Assembly (NCBI GenBank): GCA_964540055.1
Contig: CAZILC010000004.1
Coordinates: 13,745 to 77,744, forward strand
Source: an uncultured Gammaproteobacteria bacterium
GTDB taxonomy: Bacteria; Patescibacteriota; Microgenomatia; Levybacterales; UBA12049
Direction: 5' to 3'
Length of the DNA stretch: 64,000 nucleotides
Part shown: positions 57,278 through 64,000 of the stretch, in pieces
Position numbering within the stretch: the first letter of the stretch is position 1
Layout of the letters: the number at the start of each line of letters is the position of its first letter
The notes under the pieces: model-generated
Database searches by the model: none
Told to the model about the DNA's origin: nothing
What the model saw: the letters and a program-made list of their open reading frames with translations, nothing else
Program-made: the position numbers and the translations under genes

Positions 57278-58159
57278 TTATGCAACTAAATTATTCCAGT
57301 CACTTGAAAATGCCTCAATACCTTTAGCAGTCAGAGGATGAGAGATGTCATAATTCGACCAATCCTGGGACATATCTATCCGCTGGTATGGAATCGCCGT
57401 TAGATTGTGAGGATTATACACATAATGCTCATCCGGTATTTGCATACCTTTTTCAATCCATTCCTTATACACTTTCAACGGCGCCGTCACAATGTCAGCC
57501 CCATACGAAAAACACGCGAGCAAATGATCCACAGACCGGATACTTGCTGCCAAAACAGCTACATGATGATCACCTTCATCATACATCCTGACACAATTTT
57601 TAATAAAATCCATTCCGTTTTCTCCCCGATCATCTAGCCGTCCGGCAAATGGTGAGAGAAACACATTTTTATGACCAATTAACGTTGCCTCACCGCTTTC
57701 TTTTGTCGCAGAATAAACCGCAGCAGCTTGCTCTTGCGAGAAAACTAATGTCATATTTACTCTCATTCCCTCTTTGACAGACCGTTGTGCTGCCTCAAGC
57801 CCTGCAGTTGTCGTCGGATATTTTACATGTGCGTTGGGAATCCAGGTGAACATATCATTACCCTGCTCAAATAATTTATCAGGATCAGATTGCGCATTAG
57901 CATCAACTTCAATCGAGATCGAACCTTGTGGGATAAGACCGGAAATTTCACTTACTACATCTTTATAAAACGACATCACTTCATCGCGAGAAAACTTTTT
58001 CCCGCTCGCGACCCGCTCTTTTGCTTTAGGATTTTTTGCGATCAAAGTTGGATTGGTCGTCTGTCCGTCAAGAAAACCGAGCATTCCAATCAGTTCTCGG
58101 GTTTCATTCGGATCGCCACTGTCTAAAAATATTTTTGTCTTCAAATTCGCTGGCCGCAT
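57278..58159 (-). CDS. tal: Transaldolase-family protein
   Basis: Motifs are KIFLDSGDPNETRE and GQTTNPTLIAK. The protein is 293 aa. Confidence 0.75.
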   Translation of the reverse strand: MRPANLKTKIFLDSGDPNETRELIGMLGFLDGQTTNPTLIAKNPKAKERVASGKKFSRDEVMSFYKDVVSEISGLIPQGSISIEVDANAQSDPDKLFEQGNDMFTWIPNAHVKYPTTTAGLEAAQRSVKEGMRVNMTLVFSQEQAAAVYSATKESGEATLIGHKNVFLSPFAGRLDDRGENGMDFIKNCVRMYDEGDHHVAVLAASIRSVDHLLACFSYGADIVTAPLKVYKEWIEKGMQIPDEHYVYNPHNLTAIPYQRIDMSQDWSNYDISHPLTAKGIEAFSSDWNNLVA

Positions 58160-58194
58160 ACTTTAAGAAATCTATTTTACCACATGTTTTGTAG

Positions 58195-59019
58195 TTAAAA
58201 TGTAACAGGTTGTACCAATAATTCAGCTTCTCTTTCTTTAAAGGGAAAAACTGGTATTGTATCAAGGCTATTAGGGCCAACAAAAGGGAACATTCCCGAC
58301 AAAATTCTTTCGAGTATCTCTCTATTTGCTTTTTCTTCCTGTGGGGACCAGGTTCCATCTATTCTGTCTTCTAACTGTCCAAAAGCACGCGTATTTGGTA
58401 AATAATCTTCTGCAACTTTGCCTACTGCGCAAATATCTTGAGCCCATGCATCATTCATTGCCCGCGGCAAATGATCTTCAGAGGTTACAACAATAGCCTC
58501 ACTAGATTTTGTGTCGCGCATAATTTTTTTCAATCGCGTCATATTGGAAATAGTATCATACGATTGGGAATCAACGACCAAGTCCCGATCCCGCAATCTT
58601 TTATGGGTAAATCGTTTATATACTTTTTTTAAATAGCTTTCACCCTTTGCAGGTAAATCTACCTCGCCATCAACAAGCGCAATTTTAGGATTCATTCCCG
58701 GAGTAAGCTGTTCTTTAGCAAAGATTACAGCCCCTGCCTCAATTCTCTTTTTTTGTTTCATACTAAGATATCCTTCCCATCCGGCTGAGCCAAGAACAGC
58801 AACAATTGGACGATTTGTCCCCGCGTCAGGCTGCATACAGGAAATACCCGTAGGTGCAGTTGTATCTGCGCTTGCAGAAGGTACCGAACCTGCAACAGGA
58901 CCCAATAACAGTGATCCAGCCACAACAGCATTAACAGTTTTTCGAAACCCAGGCTTGAAAAAAGGTTCTTTTGAACTATGTTTGCCGGCATATCCCGCTC
59001 GATTTTCAGATCGTCCCAT
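58195..59019 (-). CDS. DUF218 (YdcF/ElyC-like) domain protein with N-terminal signal/anchor
   Basis: It carries AVVAGSLLLGPVAGSVPSASA and then IVVTSEDHLPRA, the DUF218 TSxxH motif. I prefer the ATG at 59019 over the TTG at 59058. Confidence 0.55.
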   Translation of the reverse strand: MGRSENRAGYAGKHSSKEPFFKPGFRKTVNAVVAGSLLLGPVAGSVPSASADTTAPTGISCMQPDAGTNRPIVAVLGSAGWEGYLSMKQKKRIEAGAVIFAKEQLTPGMNPKIALVDGEVDLPAKGESYLKKVYKRFTHKRLRDRDLVVDSQSYDTISNMTRLKKIMRDTKSSEAIVVTSEDHLPRAMNDAWAQDICAVGKVAEDYLPNTRAFGQLEDRIDGTWSPQEEKANREILERILSGMFPFVGPNSLDTIPVFPFKEREAELLVQPVTF

Positions 59020-59218
59020 AGTAGTGGATATTATAGCAAAAATGTACGTATTAAGCAAATATAATATGAGGTTTGAGTCAATAGTTTTTTGATATATTCA
59101 TTCGCCAAGATGCTAAATAGGTTCCGATAAATTACGACCGGGATTTTTTAGATCAATGGCGTGAAGACCAGAAATAAGACTCAGAGGTTGAATTCTTTGT
59201 ATATACGCTTATTCTTTA

Positions 59219-59851
59219 TTATTTGAGAGGCGGTAGTTTTGTCGGAGACTTTGCAACTTGTAAAATATGTTGTACTCCCTCTTGAACGATGCCAGCAAAT
59301 CCTCGATGTACAGTAGGATTATGAGGCTCATGCGCCGGAAAAAAACTTTTTATGTCCCAACCACGCCAATCTACAGCTTGCGCAATCATGATATTCATCT
59401 GAGAATATGGTTCAGGATCCACGGTAATGATACCAGTTAATGGCATGCCGGCATCATAAATGTACGTGCCGCGTGGGTTGCTTTTTGTTATGTGTACAGA
59501 ATTTCCCATAATTCCAGCTTTGATGAAATTTCCATCAGAAAGCGGTTCTTTCAGTTCGCGGCTTCTAAAATATACATCCGCCTCACCTTCCGGAAGTGTT
59601 GTTTCAAGTTTAAGTTCTTGTATTCCTCCACTTGAGAGAACTACTGCACGCAAAGCTGGGGCTACAAACATCATCTGAAATGAGAGATCCTCCAGGGTAG
59701 CAATTTCGGAAAGATCCATAACAGAAAATCTTTTCAGATTTTCGAGTGCAATTTCATAATCTTGCCCGGTTACATTTTCTATTGGTAGAGGCCCCCCAAA
59801 TTCTGCTTGAATTCTAGGTCGGCCTTTCGGTGCTTCAGATGGTGTTCCCAT
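59219..59851 (-). CDS. Hypothetical soluble protein
   Basis: About 210 aa from the ATG at 59851. It has no recognisable motif and sits immediately downstream of ftsZ. Confidence 0.4.
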   Translation of the reverse strand: MGTPSEAPKGRPRIQAEFGGPLPIENVTGQDYEIALENLKRFSVMDLSEIATLEDLSFQMMFVAPALRAVVLSSGGIQELKLETTLPEGEADVYFRSRELKEPLSDGNFIKAGIMGNSVHITKSNPRGTYIYDAGMPLTGIITVDPEPYSQMNIMIAQAVDWRGWDIKSFFPAHEPHNPTVHRGFAGIVQEGVQHILQVAKSPTKLPPLK

Positions 59852-59926
59852 AGGAGAGCTATTATAACCTATCAGACACTGAAAAAGCAATATATTATAG
59901 GATATTATACTGCATTATCCGGCTCC

Positions 59927-61165
59927 TTAGTTTCTCTGTCTGAGGAATGCGGGGATATCCCATTCGTCTTCGGCGCTTTTTTCTTCTTTTTTGTCATTCT
60001 GCTGCTGTTGTTGCTGCATTTGCGGTTGGTTGGTGAATGGATTGTGATCATCAGGATCTTGTTGCTGTTGCTGATTTTGCTGGTTTTGCTGCTGCTGTTG
60101 ATTTTGTTGGTTTTGTTGCTGTTGCATAAAAGGATCTTGTTGCCTACTCAAAGGGGTCGAACTAATCTCAGGTGTTGGTTGTGGGATGACAAATTGCTGT
60201 AGACGCTGTTTGGCCTGATCAAAGCCTGTCGCGACAACGGTGATTCTGATCTGATCATGCATTGATTCATCAATGGTGGCACCAAAAATAATATTCGCAT
60301 CAGGATCCGCTGCAGCTGAGATGATCTTTGCTGCTTCATCAACTTCAGACATGGTCAAATCAGGACCTCCGACTACATTAAACAAAACGCCTCGTGCCCC
60401 ATCCATTGAGACTTCAAGAAGCGGTGAAGCAATAGCAGAACGAGCTGCAGTTTGTGCGCGATTTTCGCCGATTCCTGAACCAATACCCATCAACGAGGAA
60501 CCTGCGTTGACCATAATATTTCGGACATCGGCAAAGTCCACGTTGATCAAACCCGGCATGGTAATAATTTCTGAAATTCCTTGAACTCCTTGGGTAAGAA
60601 CACTATCTGCGACCTTGAATGCGTCCAGAAGTGACAATTTACGATCAACTACTTCAAGAATCCGCTGATTTGGGATAACAATCAATGTATCGACTTTGTC
60701 TTTCAAATTGTCAATTCCCTCTTCAGCAGAAACCATCCTTCGGGTTCCCTCAAACATAAACGGCTTGGTAACAACCGCTACTGTCAAAGCACCGATTTCT
60801 TTTGCGACTTCAGCAACAACAGGTGTCGCGCCTGTTCCCGTACCGCCGCCCATACCAGCTGTGAGAAAGACCATATCTGATCCTTCAAGCACTGCCTTAA
60901 TTTTGTCACGAGATTCTTCAGCTGCCTCACGACCAATCTCAGGATCACCACCTGAACCGAGCCCTTTGGTGAATTGTTCACCAATTTGGATTTTGGTTTC
61001 AGCTTTGTTAAGAAGGAGTGCTTGCGCATCAGTATTGACGGTAACAAAATCGACTCCGGAAATATTTGCGCTTGAAATCATGGAGCCGATAGCATTGCTT
61101 CCACCGCCGCCAATTCCTATAACACGGATCTTGGCAAAATTGGTAGATTGAGGTCGAATCAACAT
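59927..61165 (-). CDS. ftsZ: Cell division protein FtsZ with a Q/N-rich C-terminal linker
   Basis: Motifs are [20 protein letters not shown] and the C-terminal peptide [10 protein letters not shown] prefer the ATG at 61165 because the TTG at 61183 abuts the predicted -10. Confidence 0.95.
   Translation of the reverse strand: MLIRPQSTNFAKIRVIGIGGGGSNAIGSMISSANISGVDFVTVNTDAQALLLNKAETKIQIGEQFTKGLGSGGDPEIGREAAEESRDKIKAVLEGSDMVFLTAGMGGGTGTGATPVVAEVAKEIGALTVAVVTKPFMFEGTRRMVSAEEGIDNLKDKVDTLIVIPNQRILEVVDRKLSLLDAFKVADSVLTQGVQGISEIITMPGLINVDFADVRNIMVNAGSSLMGIGSGIGENRAQTAARSAIASPLLEVSMDGARGVLFNVVGGPDLTMSEVDEAAKIISAAADPDANIIFGATIDESMHDQIRITVVATGFDQAKQRLQQFVIPQPTPEISSTPLSRQQDPFMQQQQNQQNQQQQQNQQNQQQQQDPDDHNPFTNQPQMQQQQQQNDKKEEKSAEDEWDIPAFLRQRN
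59999..60142 (-). repeat. Coding CAG/CAA-rich low-complexity tract (FtsZ linker [22 protein letters not shown]...QQQQQQ)
   Basis: The plus strand shows ttgctg/ttgttg repeats, which generate the poly-Leu shadow ORF at 59807..60202. Confidence 0.85.
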
Positions 61166-61183
61166 AGTAGTGGACTTTGTCAA

Positions 61184-61212
61184 ATCCTACCAGATGTCCT
61201 AGGTAATTGCAA
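61184..61212 (-). promoter_or_regulatory. Sigma70-like promoter, TTGCAA-17 nt-TAGGAT upstream of ftsZ
   Basis: On the minus strand it would give a leader of only about 12 nt to the ATG at 61165. Confidence 0.35.
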
Positions 61213-61320
61213 GCCCGTAAAACACATTTTTTTATTGAATACTGTTCAAAGTCATCCCAACCAAAACAAAAACCGAAAGTAAATAAAAGAAGATGCATGG
61301 AACAGCTAATCTGATAATAC

Positions 61321-62601
61321 CTAGGGAATGAATGTTTTGACGAGGTTTAGGAGTTTTTTGACGACTTTGCCAACATTCATATTGCCGCCGGGGATGCCGA
61401 TTCGAAGAGTTGATTCTTTAGAAGTCGTTGATGTCATACCGTAGCGGATCAAACCAACCGCTGTTGAAAATGCAGGATGCTGGACTTCATCAATAATTCC
61501 CTTCACGTCTGTTGGCATACCAATTCTGACTGGCATCGCAAGCGTTCGTCGTGCCGCATCACGCAGACCCACTGTCAACGCTCCGCCGCCGGTGAAGACT
61601 ACACCTGCTGGAGTTTGAGCTGCGAATCCACTTTTCTTAATTTCTAAAGCAATCATTGTACAAATTTCATTCAGGCGCGGCCTGATAATCCCATCAACCA
61701 ATGTCTTCTGTGAAACTTTACGAATATCCTCAGCCAAATTGAGCGATGAGAGATCTACCTCATCAGATGGTTTCTGCTCCTTTTCACCTTCATCGGGCCG
61801 TGCAACACGTTTGCTTTGGGTTTGGGAGAAATACAGTTTGATCTTTTCAGCACTTTCAAGGGAGATTCGAAGGCCAATTGCGAGGTCGTTGGTGACATGG
61901 CGGGCGCCAATTGCCAAAACACTGGAGTATGCCATTGACCCTTCGGTATAAATGGCAATATCTGTTGTCCCTGCTCCGATATCAACCAGCACAACTCCCA
62001 ACTCCTTTTCAGTGTCGGACAAAACTGAAAGTGAGCTTGCATATCCACTGAAAGCAAAACTATCCACATCCACTCCCACCTCTGAAAAAGCTTTCTCCAG
62101 ATTGCGAAGTGAAACCGTATTTGCAGTAACTATATGCGTATCTACTTCTAAACGTGTGCCAGACATGCCGACAGGATCTTTAATCCCTTCCTGTCCATCA
62201 ACGATATAATTGCGGGGCAATACATGAATAATATCCCGTGTTGAGGGGATTGAGATTGCTTTTGCAGCATCAATCACCCGTTGCAGATCACTTTCGGTTA
62301 TTTCACCATTTGGTGTCGCGACAGCGACTACACCGCGGGAATTTTGGCAGCTGATCTGGCTTCCACCAAGTGAAACAATGACATGGGATGCTGAATAGCC
62401 AGCCATTCTTTCTGCTGATTCGAGTGAACTATTAATTGCATGTACTGCTTCTTCAATATCAACGACCTGACCTTTGCGGATACCTTGGGATTTTACTTCA
62501 GAAACACCAAGAACACTAATAACATTTTCTACTACTTTAGCAATGACTGTGACGATTTTATAGGTGCCGACATCAATTGCAACAATTATTCTTCCTTCCA
62601 T
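61321..62601 (-). CDS. ftsA: Cell division protein FtsA
   Basis: Actin-fold motifs VAIDVGTYKI, VLVDIGAGTTDIA and VFTGGGALTVGL. Confidence 0.9.
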   Translation of the reverse strand: MEGRIIVAIDVGTYKIVTVIAKVVENVISVLGVSEVKSQGIRKGQVVDIEEAVHAINSSLESAERMAGYSASHVIVSLGGSQISCQNSRGVVAVATPNGEITESDLQRVIDAAKAISIPSTRDIIHVLPRNYIVDGQEGIKDPVGMSGTRLEVDTHIVTANTVSLRNLEKAFSEVGVDVDSFAFSGYASSLSVLSDTEKELGVVLVDIGAGTTDIAIYTEGSMAYSSVLAIGARHVTNDLAIGLRISLESAEKIKLYFSQTQSKRVARPDEGEKEQKPSDEVDLSSLNLAEDIRKVSQKTLVDGIIRPRLNEICTMIALEIKKSGFAAQTPAGVVFTGGGALTVGLRDAARRTLAMPVRIGMPTDVKGIIDEVQHPAFSTAVGLIRYGMTSTTSKESTLRIGIPGGNMNVGKVVKKLLNLVKTFIP

Positions 62602-62638
62602 AATTTTGTAAACACGTACTTACGATGAACTTAACTTG

Positions 62639-62654
62639 CCTGCCGGCAGGCAGG
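62639..62654 (-). terminator. GC-rich hairpin, copy 2 (CCTGCCGGCAGGCAGG, the reverse complement of copy 1), between ftsQ-like and ftsA
   Basis: The minus-strand transcript reads CCUGCC-UGCC-GGCAGG. It lies 52 nt after the ftsQ-like stop and 37 nt before the ftsA ATG. It could be an attenuator or an RNA-stability element rather than a full terminator. Confidence 0.35.
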
Positions 62655-62705
62655 CACAAAACAGAGCGGAAAACTCCGCATCTTTAGGCAGTTGTGAACA
62701 AGCCT

Positions 62706-63152
62706 CTAAGGTTTTATCACAATAACGGGTTGTGCGAACCTTAGGTCCAATGAACTGAACTGTCTCCCTTCCATTGTAAGATGTGAAAGGATATATTGTA
62801 AAGAGGCTATTTGCGCCATTATATCCTTTTGCGCCGAAAAAGTCACTTTACTATCATCAGCAAGAGTTATTACATAAGAATCACTTTGTTTTTCAACTGA
62901 TTGAAATACTATTTGCTTTTTTCGCAATCCATTTTCAATTTGTCCAACTTCCAATTCTCCTTGATCAGCCGCTTGTGCAATCTGCGTCGTGGGAAGTGGA
63001 CTCACAAAAAGCGGCTTTTCTAATTTGGCAAGTAAGGAATAAAATCCTATGCCGAGAAGAACAATTCCAATCGCAAAAAAGAACGATGAATAGAACAGTA
63101 CTCTTTTAATATGGCGCCGGCGTTTACGCGGCAATTCTTGTTTCTTTTTCAT
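62706..63152 (-). CDS. Short FtsQ/DivIB-like bitopic protein (call by position)
   Basis: 148 aa with a basic N-terminus, one TM (VLFYSSFFFAIGIVLLGIGFYSLL) and ~95 aa outside. It occupies the ftsQ slot between murG and ftsA. Confidence 0.4.
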   Translation of the reverse strand: MKKKQELPRKRRRHIKRVLFYSSFFFAIGIVLLGIGFYSLLAKLEKPLFVSPLPTTQIAQAADQGELEVGQIENGLRKKQIVFQSVEKQSDSYVITLADDSKVTFSAQKDIMAQIASLQYILSHLTMEGRQFSSLDLRFAQPVIVIKP

Positions 63153-64000
63153 GGGCAGCCAGGACTACTTTAATAATTTTTCCAGCAGCTTCAGGATGGA
63201 TCAATTTTCTTGCCTCTTCTTTATGTTTTTTGTAATTTTGTAAACTGGACATCATAGCGTTAACTCTTTCATACAAATCATCTGGAGCAGTTGTAAGCTG
63301 ATCGACGAATTCTGCCAAACCGATCTTTTTAACAAATGCAGCGTTTGTCAGCTGCTCATTTTTCTGACCATAAGGTAGAGGGATAAACAAACTTGGTTTG
63401 CCCAGATACAACAATTCAGTGACAGTATTAATACCAGAACGCGCAATCACAAGATCAGCTCGATCCATAATAGACAAGACATCTTCAGGTTTGACGAATT
63501 TTTGCGGCAAATACTTTTTCTGCAAATCTTCTGGAAGCGTTGCTTGTAAACGTTGCAGCCGTTCAAAATCACCAAATTCTTTCGCGTCACCTGTCTGATG
63601 TACAACCGTAAACTTCTCCAACAATTTCTCCAAACACCCCTCAACCAACAGATTAATCCCATGCGCCCCCCCACTGCCACCGGTAATATAAATCAATGGC
63701 AATGAGGAAATTCCATTTCCTATTCCTGACTCCTTATTCCCTTGCATAAACTCTTTTCTTAATGGATTCCCCGTCAGCACAATTTTATTCTTGGGAAAAA
63801 ACTGCGCCGAATCAACCCATGAAATACAAATTTTCTTTGCAAACTTTGCAGCTATTTTATTTGCCAAACCAGCGTGCAGTGTCTGCTCATGAATGACAAT
63901 TGGCACACTGCTTCCTGCTGCTGCCAAAACGACGGGAACACTCACATAACCCCCAAAGGAGAGTACAACGTCCGGTTTGAATTGTGAAAGTATCTTTTTT
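63124..64000 (-). CDS. murG: MurG (UDP-GlcNAc:lipid I GlcNAc transferase), N-terminus beyond the right window edge
   Basis: The frame stays open upstream of the listed GTG (...KKILSQFKPDVVLSFGGYVSVPVVLAA). It carries ITGGSGGAHGIN and ARSGINTVTELL. Confidence 0.85.
   Translation of the reverse strand, partial: KKILSQFKPDVVLSFGGYVSVPVVLAAAGSSVPIVIHEQTLHAGLANKIAAKFAKKICISWVDSAQFFPKNKIVLTGNPLRKEFMQGNKESGIGNGISSLPLIYITGGSGGAHGINLLVEGCLEKLLEKFTVVHQTGDAKEFGDFERLQRLQATLPEDLQKKYLPQKFVKPEDVLSIMDRADLVIARSGINTVTELLYLGKPSLFIPLPYGQKNEQLTNAAFVKKIGLAEFVDQLTTAPDDLYERVNAMMSSLQNYKKHKEEARKLIHPEAAGKIIKVVLAAHEKETRIAA

Noticed and set aside
59807-60202. A 131-aa plus-strand ORF with a poly-Leu tract ([13 protein letters not shown]).
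   Set aside because: It is the antisense shadow of the CAG/CAA-encoded Q/N linker of ftsZ and has no independent support.
1-64000. Possible alternative genetic code (UGA recoding, as in Gracilibacteria/SR1, or code 4).
   Set aside because: Long conserved genes are intact under code 11. TGA terminates ORFs at sensible lengths (for example the RmlD-like gene at 30544-30546) and takes part in many ATGA stop/start overlaps.

Overview
The window appears to come from a streamlined bacterium. Gene content and style suggest Patescibacteria/CPR, but that is inference only. The standard code 11 fits: TGA works as a stop and there are many ATGA stop/start overlaps. The window has two compositional compartments. 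(1) nt 1 to ~42.7 kb is very AT-rich. Hand-counted 60-nt samples are mostly 23-30% GC, with patches near 40%. It is packed with glycan-biosynthesis genes and continues past the left edge. It encodes 3 paralogous Zn-ribbon sugar C-methyltransferases, 5 SDR/RmlD-type nucleotide-sugar enzymes and a UDP-sugar dehydrogenase. It also encodes a cupin ketoisomerase, a Gfo/Idh/MocA oxidoreductase, a TIM-barrel isomerase and a minimal split transketolase-like pair. Further genes are a kinase plus sulfotransferase pair, 2 small SAM methyltransferases, 4 GT2s, 2 GT4s, one Wzx-like flippase, an acyltransferase-3 and about 10 large polytopic GT-C/YfhO-like membrane proteins. (2) nt ~42.7-64 kb samples at about 45-53% GC and looks like core chromosome. 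It holds 2 GT4s and 1 GT2, two orphan hypothetical genes (one with an HExxH motif) and tRNA-Val(CAC). These are followed by lepB, parB, rpmA, rplU, a SEDS (RodA/FtsW) gene, ileS and a type IV pilin. Next come an unknown membrane protein, a Thr/Pro-repeat secreted GH25-like protein, transaldolase, a DUF218 protein and a hypothetical. The window ends with ftsZ (Q/N-rich tail), ftsA, a very short ftsQ-like gene and murG, which is cut by the right edge. No rRNA, CRISPR array, integrase, transposase or phage genes were seen. The best candidate for something new is the island. It reads as an array of repeated modules (nucleotide-sugar tailoring, then a short GT2 polyprenyl-phosphate-sugar synthase, then an extracytoplasmic GT-C transferase) rather than a classical Wzx/Wzy locus. 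It also has an unusual dose of branched-chain-sugar chemistry. All family calls come from motifs read by eye; no database search was run.
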